This document shows, piece by piece, positions 1-9,368 of a stretch of 64,000 bases of DNA; positions within the stretch are counted from its first letter, which is position 1; every line of letters starts with the position of its first letter. Made by a program: the position numbers and the translations under genes. This DNA is from Myxococcota bacterium (GTDB lineage: Bacteria > Myxococcota > UBA4151): positions 6,219 through 70,218 of the forward strand of contig JBDQPD010000004.1 of NCBI GenBank assembly GCA_040260805.1. Reading direction: 5' to 3'. The notes beneath the pieces are model-generated. The model was not told where the DNA came from, did no database searches, and saw only the letters and a program-made list of their open reading frames with translations.

Positions 1-1451
1 GTTCATCGCGGTCGACCATTTCATCGCTGTCGAGAATATGCAGGGTGCGACGTGTCTGCTGTTGCTTGGTTTTGTCGTTACTCAGCGCGTGGTCCAAATC
101 GCTCTCTTTGGTCGCCTCGCGCGGCGTGAGGTAAATCTCACCATCATCGATATACACCGACTCCAAAGCGATATCAGGAGCGATCCCCGTGCCTTGGATG
201 CTGATATCACCAGGCGTTAGGTATTGAGCGATGGTCAACTTGAGCGCCGACCCGTCCGTCTTAGAGCGTCGAGGACGATACGGAATAATCGTCTGCACTG
301 AGCCTTTACCGAAGCTCGGACTGCCGAGCAGCAAGCCCCGCCCGTGATTGCGCACGGCGCCAGCCACTATCTCCGAGGCCGAGGCAGAGCCGCCGGAGAT
401 CAGGACCAATAAGGGCAGATCAGTCAATGAGCCCGATGCATGAGCGTAACGACTTTCTCTGAGCTGTCCGGACAAGCCCACGGTGGTGACGATCACCCCT
501 TTATCGAGAAAGAGATCCGAGATCGCGACGGCTTGCTCGAGCAAGCCGCCTGGGTTGTCACGCAAGTCGAGCACTAAACCCTTTTTGGCGCCCGCCTGGC
601 GCAGCTGAGCCAGCGCGGCGACCGTGTCGTCGGTCGTTGTCTCTCGAAACGATTTGATCCGCAGATAGCCGATCCCATCACCCAGGTTATGAGACGTCAC
701 GCTGCGGACCTTAATGATCTCTCGGGTCAGCGTCTTTTGAAGGTTACCCTTAGTCCCTTTGCGGCGAAGGTGAACGGTTACATCACTGCCCGGCTCACCG
801 CGCAGTCGACTCACCGCTTCTTCAAGCGACATATTTTCAGTGGTCTCGTCGTTGATCTGGACGATCTGGTCACGCGCTTTGACGCCCGAACGGCTGGCCG
901 GTGTACCCGGAATCGGTGAGATCACCGTGAGCCAACCATCACGCTGAGAGATAACAATCCCCAAGCCACCAAAGGCGCCCTGAGTCGACATGCGCATCTC
1001 CTCATGCGCTTTGGCGCTGAACATCACCGAGTGCGGATCGAGCGTCTTGAGCATGCCGTTAACCGCTGCGAGTTCGACCTCGCCCGCGTCCACTCCGCTG
1101 GGCAAATTACGCGCAACAAAAGCGAGACCCTGGCGCAAGACCATATACATTTCCCAGATCGATTCGACCCGAGAGGTGTTTCCCGTCCACGCCTTATCGC
1201 CCATTCGAAGCGTCAAGGTTTTGGGTAAGCCGCGCTCGTCGACCAACAGATCGGGGATGACGTTTTCAACAGCCCGCAGTCCCTCTTTGAGCATCGTTTT
1301 GGGCTCAAAGCGGCTCGGGTCCACGTAGGCTTTAGTCAGCTCCAAAACGCTCCAGCTCAGCTGCTCGAGACGAAGCAAGCGGTCACTTCCAGCGCCCAAG
1401 CTAGGCTGCATGGCGCTGAGCACAAGGGGCAGAACAATGGTAACGATCATC
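1..1451 (-). CDS. Carboxyl-terminal processing protease (S41 family, Ctp/Prc-like), C-terminal part beyond window edge
   Basis: Minus-strand translation from ATG at 1451: MIVTIVLPLVLSA... contains PDZ region (GGLGIVISQRDGWLTVISPIPGTPA) and S41 catalytic motifs (LVLISGGSASASEIVAGAV; LGSPSFGKGSVQT). ORF runs off position 1. Confidence 0.85.
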
Positions 1452-1475
1452 TTCGCAAACAACACTTTATAACCT

Positions 1476-2078
1476 CTAGGCGTCCGAGCCGTTGAGTCGA
1501 GCTAATATAGCCGGCCAAACTGACCCGTCGACCACAGTTTCTATTTCTGCCTGTGCAAAGGCTTCAACCCATTGACAGGCGAACACAACAGCCTGTTCCG
1601 AAATCATCACATCCGCTCCCGCTAGAGCGGTCTCACCCAAGCTATCGATCCATGCCGCCAAGTCGATGGATAAGGCATCTGAAGGCGCTGAACTGACCCC
1701 CTTGAGCCGGGTCACGAGTGCGTCGGTCACCCCGTCGCTCTTAATCGGCTTGGGCGAGCTAACTTTGACGCTGAGTTGACCCGACTCACTGACCTCGCCA
1801 AGCGCTAAACCTAGAGCGATCGCGCTTCGTGACAGACTACCATTACTGAACCGATCATAAGCTCGCTGAGACGCCAACAGCTCAAACCATTGAGCCAAGG
1901 TCATCTCCGCTACGCGATCACGCCAAGCGTCGCTTTGAGCCCGAACCATAGGAACCAAAACCGAGCCCAAGGCGATCAAACCCTGGGCACGACCGAAAAG
2001 TTCTGCGGTTGATCGATGATGGCTCGAGCGACGCGCTACCTCCTGAAGCAAGGCAAACCGAGCGTTTACATTGGTCAC
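1476..2078 (-). CDS. Hypothetical protein (200 aa), downstream of aldolase/BMC-P genes
   Basis: ORF with GTG start preceded by GAGGGGAAA RBS; GC3-rich codon usage; no recognisable family. Confidence 0.5.
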   Translation of the reverse strand: MTNVNARFALLQEVARRSSHHRSTAELFGRAQGLIALGSVLVPMVRAQSDAWRDRVAEMTLAQWFELLASQRAYDRFSNGSLSRSAIALGLALGEVSESGQLSVKVSSPKPIKSDGVTDALVTRLKGVSSAPSDALSIDLAAWIDSLGETALAGADVMISEQAVVFACQWVEAFAQAEIETVVDGSVWPAILARLNGSDA

Positions 2079-2124
2079 GATCGTTTCCCCTCACGATGAG
2101 AAGCTAACAGGTGAGCGCTACCGT

Positions 2125-2775
2125 TCAAAGTTTCAATCCGGGTGCGCCCAAGCCAGCCTTGAGATGCTTCTGAGTTAGGGCAGATACGACTGAGGACTCT
2201 AGAGTCTTTACGCCGCCGAAGGGTAGGGCGTGCGCTGTGATCGTTGCCAAATGTTCCACCAACTCCATACGCGCCATCGCCATGGTCAAATCTGAACCCC
2301 AGGTGAGCACCCCGTGCTGGCCTAAAAGCGCTGCGTTGCTGTTGATCGCAGCTCGAGCCACGGCCTTGGTCAACCCAGCGGCTCCGGGCATCGAAAACGG
2401 CACCCAGCCGATTTCAGGACCTAAACTGACGATCGCCTCAGCCATAAAGCGAGGATCCAGTCGACGTTCGGCGCAAGCCATCGCCGTCGCAAAGGGAGGA
2501 TGAGCGTGAACGATCGCACGCATGTCAGGCCGAGCTTCAAATGCTGCTCGATGCAGCTGCCACTCACTAAAGACCCGGTGTCGCCCCTGGCGTACCGAGC
2601 CGTCCTCATCGATCACCAGCAGATCGACTGCGCGAACATCAGCCTTTCGAAAAGCGGTGGGCGTGACCAAAAAACCTTGCTTAGGCCGGCGCAACGAGAT
2701 GTTGCCGTCATGATTCGCCACCCAGCCTTTGGTGGCTAACTGCTGACAAGCCTCGATCAGCGCTGATGCGCTCAC
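2125..2775 (-). CDS. Class II aldolase/adducin family protein (fuculose-/ribulose-phosphate aldolase-like)
   Basis: N-terminal GNISLR...GFLVTP and metal-binding HAHPP motifs typical of class II aldolase fold; 4-nt ATGA overlap with upstream BMC-P gene. Confidence 0.8.
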   Translation of the reverse strand: MSASALIEACQQLATKGWVANHDGNISLRRPKQGFLVTPTAFRKADVRAVDLLVIDEDGSVRQGRHRVFSEWQLHRAAFEARPDMRAIVHAHPPFATAMACAERRLDPRFMAEAIVSLGPEIGWVPFSMPGAAGLTKAVARAAINSNAALLGQHGVLTWGSDLTMAMARMELVEHLATITAHALPFGGVKTLESSVVSALTQKHLKAGLGAPGLKL

Positions 2776-3023
2776 TCGGCCCCCGTGACTTCGTCAACAA
2801 CGCCAACGATTACGGACCGAATGGGAGGTTCGCCGCCCAAGATCTGGCGCACGCCGCTGCCTTCACGCAAGACCAGAACCTGCTCTCCAACCCCTACCCC
2901 GATCGTGTCCACAGCCAGCACATCTTCTCCGGCTTCACTGCGAACCATCAGCAGGGGTTGCCCGTCATAGCCTGGGTGATGTTGATCGGCGACGACTGAA
3001 CCGAGGACTCTAGCCAGCAGCAT
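2772..3023 (-). CDS. BMC vertex protein, BMC-P (EutN/CcmL/PduN family)
   Basis: [14 protein letters not shown]...LLMV...[21 protein letters not shown]...[13 protein letters not shown] matches EutN/PduN consensus (M-x-A-R-V-G-x-V ... D-x-G-A-G-x-G-E-x-V-L ... D-A-x-I-G-I-V-D). Alternative upstream start at 3044. Confidence 0.75.
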   Translation of the reverse strand: MLLARVLGSVVADQHHPGYDGQPLLMVRSEAGEDVLAVDTIGVGVGEQVLVLREGSGVRQILGGEPPIRSVIVGVVDEVTGAE

Positions 3024-3291
3024 GGTCCCCCCGATCGATATCATCCACGATACCTACGATGGCTAAATCGACCGGCACGAAGGTCGGCTCGCAAGCCAGC
3101 GCAGCTTCACGACTACCCACCAAGACAACACGCTGACCTAGGCTCGCCGAGCAGCTATCAACGGCCGCTTCAGGCACGCCATCCGGTGCCCCATCATGGT
3201 TCTCTTTTTGAACCAAGAGCAGACGCGCTCCAACCAGGTTCTCAACTTTACGCGTCGCAACGACGGTCCCGACTACTGTTCCAAATTGCAT
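3010..3291 (-). CDS. BMC vertex protein, BMC-P (EutN/CcmL/PduN family), second paralog
   Basis: [28 protein letters not shown]...[25 protein letters not shown]...[15 protein letters not shown]; internal ATG at 3291 chosen over longer ORF (3390). Confidence 0.8.
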   Translation of the reverse strand: MQFGTVVGTVVATRKVENLVGARLLLVQKENHDGAPDGVPEAAVDSCSASLGQRVVLVGSREAALACEPTFVPVDLAIVGIVDDIDRGDHAAG

Positions 3292-3293
3292 AA

Positions 3294-5195
3294 TTATCTC
3301 TTCGGAAGTTTCCAAGGCACTTCGACCGGAACGATCTCTTTGCCAGGGAAGCTTGGAAAGCGCCAACGTCGCACTTTGCCTTGAATACAACGACTAACAT
3401 CCGCCCCTTTGTAGGCCTCGGTCATAATCTCTACGCTCGCTACTCGCCCACTCGGCTGAATACCAATCCGAGCCCTGAGCTCGCCGAACATCGACTGACC
3501 ACGCGTCATCGCCCGACTCACACAAGCGGTGATGCCGCGTTGCCCGCGACCAATCACCTTGGCGGCGGCTTTGACATCGAGCTGCGAGGCTCGGCCTGGT
3601 GGCGTCGACACCTCTGGCAAAGGCAGCCGCACGGTTCCCAAAGCGGACTGCAGCGCGGCCATCCGCTTGAGGTCCGCACCATTCACCTGCGCAGCTTTGC
3701 GGAGTCGTTCTTCTTCAGCTGCGGCAGGGTCTTGCTCGACCGCTACGCGAGGTGCCTTGGATCCTTTGGACCGCTTCGAGCGTGAACGGGCCTCTTTAGC
3801 CAGTTCTTGGGTCACCGCTTTGTCGGCAGCGACCAGCTTGTCTTTGATCACTTCGTCACGACACGCCCCCGTCAAGCATTCCAACATCGCTCGACCCTCA
3901 GCTGCGTTGATCGACTGACCACGGTGATAAGGTGCTACGCCTGGCTTGTCCGTGGTCTCGGAAAACTGCTCACGAGCTTTGATCAGCGCTTCAACGGGCA
4001 TCAACAAACTGAGCGCCTCTTGGGCGGTCTTGCTTCGAGCGAAGGCTTGGAATGTGGGGTGACCCGCAGGACAATCAAACCCGTCCGCGCCGGCAACCGG
4101 GCCAGCATCCGACTCGGCTTGAATCGCGGCGCAAGCGCTGAAGTTACCCCGACCTAAGCGCACCTCAACGCGACCATCTTTTAGCGCCATCATCTGCAGG
4201 GACCAACCTTTGACGATCACGAGGTCTTGATAGCTCAGATTTTCAATCACAGCGGCCGCCACAATGCTGCGCTCGCGCTGGTCGGCTCCTGCCTTCTCTC
4301 CGAGCTGCATCAGGCGAACATAGGAAGGCTGCCCTCGAGATGTGAAGGTCGCTTTCTTCATCCCTTTGGCGAAGGGGTTCGGAACCCAACCCTGGTTCAT
4401 CCCCACGCCAAGTCCAACCAGGCCCAAGAGGATCACGCCAAAGATAACTCGTCGCCGACGAGCGCCTTGCTGCAGACCACTTGCCAGCAGAAACAGCCGG
4501 GTCTCCTCACCGATGGAGGACAGGGACGGCTCATTGATGAACGGCGCCGCACTTTGGGACGCAACAGACTCTTCTGCGTGACCATCATCTTTGACCTCAC
4601 GGCCGACCCAAGCCGGCTCAGCCGCTGGGTCTGACGGCATGGTAGGCACGGGCTTATCCCGCTTGGCTTCGGGTTCAACAGGCTGAGCGACGACCGGCTC
4701 TTCTGCGGCTGGCTGCGGCGGTGCAGGCTGCTCAGGGTCAACAACCGGTTCGACCGGGAGGGTCGGCGCCCGACTCGGGAGCACCGCCTCTACCACCGAA
4801 GACACGCCTGTTTTATCCAGCAGAGTTGCCAGTTCGGGAACATCACGAAGGGGCAACCAACCGCTCATTCCCGATCGCCAGGCGTGATCCTTTGGACCAA
4901 ACTCAGAGCGCTCGAGTCGTTCTTTAATCTCGAGCGTGTTCATCGGTCCTTGGCGTTCACCATCTTTCGCAAGGAACCACTCTTGAGCATCGCCAGCCGG
5001 CACTTCACCGCTCTTCGAGAGCGCCGAACGCAGGTCCTCAGCCGACATGCTATCCAGCGCGCCGATGCTTCGCTCAGGGTCCCGAACGACCATCACCCCT
5101 TTGCATTGCCGACACCGAATTTTGAGCACACGACCGCGTATGGTCTCCTCGTCGAGACTGTACTTGGTCCCACAATGCTCACAGCGGAATTTCAT
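3294..5195 (-). CDS. MJ0042-type zinc-ribbon / DUF4339 / TM / AgmX-PglI C-terminal (TonB-C-like) domain protein
   Basis: MKFRCEHCGTKYSL...IRCRQCKGVM zinc ribbon; WFLAKDGERQGPM...WRSGMSGWLPL (DUF4339-like); Pro-rich linker; TM helix VIFGVILLGLVGLGVG; C-terminal GRVASVEIMTEAY...RWRFPSFPG typical of myxobacterial AgmX/PglI C-terminal domain. Confidence 0.7.
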   Translation of the reverse strand: MKFRCEHCGTKYSLDEETIRGRVLKIRCRQCKGVMVVRDPERSIGALDSMSAEDLRSALSKSGEVPAGDAQEWFLAKDGERQGPMNTLEIKERLERSEFGPKDHAWRSGMSGWLPLRDVPELATLLDKTGVSSVVEAVLPSRAPTLPVEPVVDPEQPAPPQPAAEEPVVAQPVEPEAKRDKPVPTMPSDPAAEPAWVGREVKDDGHAEESVASQSAAPFINEPSLSSIGEETRLFLLASGLQQGARRRRVIFGVILLGLVGLGVGMNQGWVPNPFAKGMKKATFTSRGQPSYVRLMQLGEKAGADQRERSIVAAAVIENLSYQDLVIVKGWSLQMMALKDGRVEVRLGRGNFSACAAIQAESDAGPVAGADGFDCPAGHPTFQAFARSKTAQEALSLLMPVEALIKAREQFSETTDKPGVAPYHRGQSINAAEGRAMLECLTGACRDEVIKDKLVAADKAVTQELAKEARSRSKRSKGSKAPRVAVEQDPAAAEEERLRKAAQVNGADLKRMAALQSALGTVRLPLPEVSTPPGRASQLDVKAAAKVIGRGQRGITACVSRAMTRGQSMFGELRARIGIQPSGRVASVEIMTEAYKGADVSRCIQGKVRRWRFPSFPGKEIVPVEVPWKLPKR

Positions 5196-5410
5196 TGCGC
5201 TCCATGGGCAGCCGATCGGCAAAGCCTGCCGAGAAAGCATGAACGTCTACGACGTCGCCCGAATCCTATAGTTTACTGCCGCCTCGGAAGAAACCCCCCG
5301 AATGATCGTCATCATTCCAGTAACACAGCAACGTGCTATGCGGTTGAAGTCGGCTGAAAAAGCGGTAAAGACGATAGCCGCGGATCAACACCTGAAAAGG
5401 AGCCAAAACG

Positions 5411-6469
5411 GTGACGCTTACCATCGCTTTGGCACGCACTATGCTGATTCAAGCAGGCCTGAGCTTTGGCTTGCTTTTCTTGACCGTGCTGATCTCACAA
5501 CTGGTTCGCCTCGGTCCGTTGTTGGTAGCGGCCCTTGAAGACCCTTTGGGGTTCAGCGTTTTGCTGATCGATATCCTCCCCCGAATTATCGTCATTGCGC
5601 TCCCCTTTAGTCTTCCGCTTGGGGCGTTCTTCGCGGTCGATCGGCTCGAGAAGCGGCAACTCAGTCAAATGTTGAGCGCGCTCGGAGCCGCGCCCAGGCG
5701 CACCTGGCTCCAAGCAGCCTTACTGCTTGGTATTTGGGTCGCTGCAGCGATCACTCCAATCGCCTGGCTCGCCGAAAGCCAGGCGGCTGAAGCCTTTCCC
5801 GTCCACGCGCTCAATCTGGCGCGGCAGTCGGTGATCGCTCGCGTCAGCCCAGGACAGGTGGCTCGACTCAACGATCGTCTCGCAGTCTACGCCGGGCGAA
5901 AACTCGAGAACGGTGAGTTCGAAAACGTGACCGTATTGAGTGGGCAAGATGTGCTCAGCGGAAAACGCGGCCGCTTGACCGGCGAGGGACTTCGGCTCGA
6001 GCTGGCGGTGCAACAAGCCGAGCTCTGGCGTCACACCTCAAACGGTTTACGAAGGGCTTCAGCGAACAACCTAAGAATTGCGCTGCCCGCCTCGGGCAAC
6101 ATCGCCAAACACCTAGGATTCTTTCACGCTCGAGAGGCGCTGGACCCCATCCAGCTGGCGGCGACTGCTGGTGTAGGGCGCGAGGCGCGCTTGAGACGTT
6201 ACACAGGCTGGCGTCGTATCTTGACTCCCCTAGTGGTGCTCTTACTTCCTGTTTTTGGCGTCGCCTGCGCGCTGATTTTACCGGCGTCGATGCGTTTGAT
6301 TGGTGGCGTTTTGATCACCGTCACCTTTATCGCGCTGTACGTGATGGGTGAGGCGATCGCTGCGGCCGGTGTGCCAGCTCTTGTGGTGGCGCTTGCGCCA
6401 GCCGTCATCGCGATTGGAATCACCGTGCTGACGCTGAGGCCCGAGCGGGCTGAGGAGCACAGCACATGA
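5411..6469 (+). CDS. lptF: LptF/LptG family LPS export permease (YjgP/YjgQ)
   Basis: GTG start with AAAGGAG RBS; multi-TM permease with LptF/G-like periplasmic domain; stop overlaps next gene start (ATGA). Confidence 0.75.
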   Translation: MTLTIALARTMLIQAGLSFGLLFLTVLISQLVRLGPLLVAALEDPLGFSVLLIDILPRIIVIALPFSLPLGAFFAVDRLEKRQLSQMLSALGAAPRRTWLQAALLLGIWVAAAITPIAWLAESQAAEAFPVHALNLARQSVIARVSPGQVARLNDRLAVYAGRKLENGEFENVTVLSGQDVLSGKRGRLTGEGLRLELAVQQAELWRHTSNGLRRASANNLRIALPASGNIAKHLGFFHAREALDPIQLAATAGVGREARLRRYTGWRRILTPLVVLLLPVFGVACALILPASMRLIGGVLITVTFIALYVMGEAIAAAGVPALVVALAPAVIAIGITVLTLRPERAEEHST

Positions 6470-7539
6470 GACGGCTGATCGGCGCATTATCCAGTCATCT
6501 CTACGGCGCCGTCGGGCTGTCAATCCTTGTCCTTATGACCGCCTGGCTGCTCGTCGACTTTGCCGAACTAAGTCGCCACTTTGGGCGCGCCGGTTGGGAC
6601 ACCGTGATCCCACTGTACACCATGCGAATGCCGGTTCTTCTGCATCGCTTGATGCCGCTTGCGCTCTTGATTGGCACGGCGCTAACCATCGGCGTTTGGG
6701 CCTCAGACCGACATTTGCAAAACGCCGCGGCGCTTGGGTTAAAGCCCTCCCACCTCCCCTTGCTTGCCGTCGCAATTTTGAGCCCTGTTGTCGCCATCTG
6801 GGGTTACGCAGGGACAGAACAAATTCCGCCACTTCACCGAGAAGAAAACCGTCTATTGTACGACAGTTATGGGATCGGTGGGCAGCATTACGGTAGCTTC
6901 CACAAACCGACAGGCTTGGTCGTCGAGAAGGACTGGTTGGTTCGGTTCAAGCCAGCAGGTCCGACGGTCATCAAAAACCTGGAAGCGGTGCGACTCAAAG
7001 ACGGCAAAGTACTCGAACGAGTCAGCGCCAAAGAAGCCAGCTTGCGCGTCAATGGCTGGATCGCCAATGACGTCATGTTGAGTCAGCGAAAGGGTAACGA
7101 GGTCGAGAGTCAGAATTTTGATACGACCCCACTTCCCTTCTTTAGGACCAGCTCATCGCTTGATTACGCGATCGGTTTTCCAGATGAGTTTCAGAGCGCT
7201 TACCTCCTGACCATGGCTGAGCGCGCAGCGACCGCAGGCAGTGATCCGCGCCCTTTTATCTTCGAGCGAGAGCGGCGAATTGCTCGAGTCATGCTCTTAC
7301 TTTTGATGCTCGCAGCGACCGCATTAATCTGTGCTCGAATCGGTCCGGGTGGAAGCTTTAATGTGATCATGGCTCGAGCCACGATGATGGCTGCCGCTTA
7401 CGAAGTCGCAACCTTCATAGGCGCCTCGCTAGCCCTGGTCCTTCCGCGCGGCAAAGAGTTTGCAGCGGCATGGATTCCCGTCGCTTTGGTGGTGGCGATT
7501 GCGCTGCGCGGCCTGCAACGTCTTGGACGGCTTCGCTGA
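6466..7539 (+). CDS. lptG: LptF/LptG family LPS export permease
   Basis: Paralogous YjgP/YjgQ architecture (3 TM, periplasmic beta-jellyroll, 3 TM); translationally coupled to lptF and to downstream kinase. Confidence 0.75.
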   Translation: MRRLIGALSSHLYGAVGLSILVLMTAWLLVDFAELSRHFGRAGWDTVIPLYTMRMPVLLHRLMPLALLIGTALTIGVWASDRHLQNAAALGLKPSHLPLLAVAILSPVVAIWGYAGTEQIPPLHREENRLLYDSYGIGGQHYGSFHKPTGLVVEKDWLVRFKPAGPTVIKNLEAVRLKDGKVLERVSAKEASLRVNGWIANDVMLSQRKGNEVESQNFDTTPLPFFRTSSSLDYAIGFPDEFQSAYLLTMAERAATAGSDPRPFIFERERRIARVMLLLLMLAATALICARIGPGGSFNVIMARATMMAAAYEVATFIGASLALVLPRGKEFAAAWIPVALVVAIALRGLQRLGRLR

Positions 7540-9368
7540 TGATTCGGCCGGGGCAACGAATCGACAACTTCCGCGTGATGGGGAAGTTAGCCAACGGGGG
7601 TATGGCAGCCGTTTATTTGGCTCGCGATATCCGAGACCGGCAGCGCTTGGTGGTGCTCAAAGTGATCCTGCCTCATCTGCGTAACAATCCCGACTATCAG
7701 GCGATGTTTGAGCGAGAAGCAGCGGTCGGTGCGTTGGTCCGGCACCCCAATGCGGTCACGGTGCATGGCTTGACCAGCTGGGACGGTCACGCCGTCTTGG
7801 TCATGGAGTTTCTTGACGGTCGCAACCTGATCCAGGTCATCAGCGCGGCGCGTCGACGACGCCAAGCGATCTCCTTTCCAGTGGTCGCCCTGATCATCGC
7901 CAAGGTCGCTCGTGCGATGGAGCTCGCCTGGAACGTGCCCGGACCTGATGGTGAGCCGGCGCGCATTATCCATCGCGACATCAGCCCCGAAAACGTCGTC
8001 CTGACCTATGACGGCGAGGTGAAATTGGTTGATTTCGGAATCGCCAAGCACAGCCATATCGAAGGCAACACGCTCGCCGGCCAACTCAAAGGCAAATACA
8101 GCTACATGAGCCCGGAACAAATCCGGGGTGAAGTCGCCGATCACAACGCAGATCAATACGCCCAATCCGTCTTGCTCTACATCCTGCTGACAGGCCGCAA
8201 ACCCTTCGTTGCGCCCAATGACGTGGATCTACTGCGCATGATCGTGAGCGACGATCCCGTTCCTCCGTCCCAGATTGACCCCACGGTCCCAGGAGCCCTT
8301 GAGGAAATTGCGCTGCGTGGACTTCGTAAAGCACCTGAAGCTCGGTTTAATGACCACGGCCACCTGGCAGCCAATATCGAGGATCGATACCTCGCAACGC
8401 ACAGCGCATCACACGCTGATGTACGCACGCTGATGTCCGAGCTCTTCCCTGCTGACTCGGACGCTGTACGGCGTCGCATTCAGATGCTGGTCGACGCCGA
8501 GCGGGAGGCGACCGTAACCGGCGTGTTTGCGGAGCTGCCCGAGCCCGAACCAGACCTGACAAGTCACGACGAAACGATGATCGAGATCGCCGCTCCTTCC
8601 ATGCCCACAGCGAATTTTCGTGCGCTAGCTGTAGATGACAACACCTTAGAGCCTGCGCTGGAAACATCGATCGAAGAGCCAACGATACTCTATGATCAAG
8701 ACGTCAAACCGGCTGAAAAGCGACCCCCGGTTGTAGCCGCTGCCCCTGCGCCAGCTGCCCTGCCCCCGCGCACCGTAGAGCACGACGTCGCGCTGCAGCC
8801 TCCCAGATTTCAACCCTTCAAGCCGATCGTCAAAGGTCGAGCCATTGCGCTGATCGGTCTCGCGCTAACGGCGATGGTTGCAGCGGGTTTAGCCACGGGC
8901 AAACTGGCCAACCAGCTTCGTGATGAGGGACCACAAGAACAGCTCGTGGGAACCATAGCGATCCGGTCAACAGGGGCCGATGAGCCAGCGAAGGTGCGCA
9001 TCAATGGCACTGAGATCGGGACCACACCGATCGAGGTCAAACATGCGACAGGAACCTTACGATTAATGTGCAGCTTCAAAAATCGCCGGGTCGTGGTTCG
9101 GCAACGAATCGATTTGGTCGCAGGTCGGCGCAGTCATGTCCTTTGCGAGCCCGGCCACGCCGATCTTCGAATTACCGGGCCGCGTGGGACGCGTGTCAGC
9201 ATCGACGGCAAAGCGGCGGTCGCTGTTCCGGTCAGTCTTGAGCGGACGATGGAAGGTCATTATGACTTGATTTGGTCTCGGCCCGGCCGCAAACGCACCG
9301 TCGAGCGATCCATTCGGCTCAAGCCGGATGAGAAGCGCGTCATTAAACACTGGAAGGATCTCAAATGA
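7539..9368 (+). CDS. Serine/threonine protein kinase with C-terminal TM segment and PEGA-like domain
   Basis: Hanks kinase motifs: GGMAAVYLARD, VVLKV (VAIK-like), HRDISPENVVL, DFGIAKH, SPEQ; C-terminal TM then VRINGTEIGTTPIEV (PEGA-like). Start at MIRPGQRID overlapping lptG stop. Confidence 0.85.
   Translation: MIRPGQRIDNFRVMGKLANGGMAAVYLARDIRDRQRLVVLKVILPHLRNNPDYQAMFEREAAVGALVRHPNAVTVHGLTSWDGHAVLVMEFLDGRNLIQVISAARRRRQAISFPVVALIIAKVARAMELAWNVPGPDGEPARIIHRDISPENVVLTYDGEVKLVDFGIAKHSHIEGNTLAGQLKGKYSYMSPEQIRGEVADHNADQYAQSVLLYILLTGRKPFVAPNDVDLLRMIVSDDPVPPSQIDPTVPGALEEIALRGLRKAPEARFNDHGHLAANIEDRYLATHSASHADVRTLMSELFPADSDAVRRRIQMLVDAEREATVTGVFAELPEPEPDLTSHDETMIEIAAPSMPTANFRALAVDDNTLEPALETSIEEPTILYDQDVKPAEKRPPVVAAAPAPAALPPRTVEHDVALQPPRFQPFKPIVKGRAIALIGLALTAMVAAGLATGKLANQLRDEGPQEQLVGTIAIRSTGADEPAKVRINGTEIGTTPIEVKHATGTLRLMCSFKNRRVVVRQRIDLVAGRRSHVLCEPGHADLRITGPRGTRVSIDGKAAVAVPVSLERTMEGHYDLIWSRPGRKRTVERSIRLKPDEKRVIKHWKDLK

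Noticed and set aside
7470-7538. N-terminal extensions of full-length ORFs. Examples: kinase 7470, gdhA 12653, lipoprotein 24124, typA 29186, nqrA 35249, NfeD 37524, MopE protein 39671, DUF1549-like 57362
   Set aside because: Internal starts give canonical family N-termini or signal peptides. They also remove improbable overlaps with neighbouring genes. The extensions lack conserved sequence.
7587-8165. 192-aa minus-strand ORF inside the Ser/Thr kinase gene. Similar antisense ORFs occur at 12758-13591 in gdhA and 20960-21787 in the lipoprotein gene
   Set aside because: Each is antisense to a CDS with clear family motifs. The composition is typical of spurious high-GC antisense frames.
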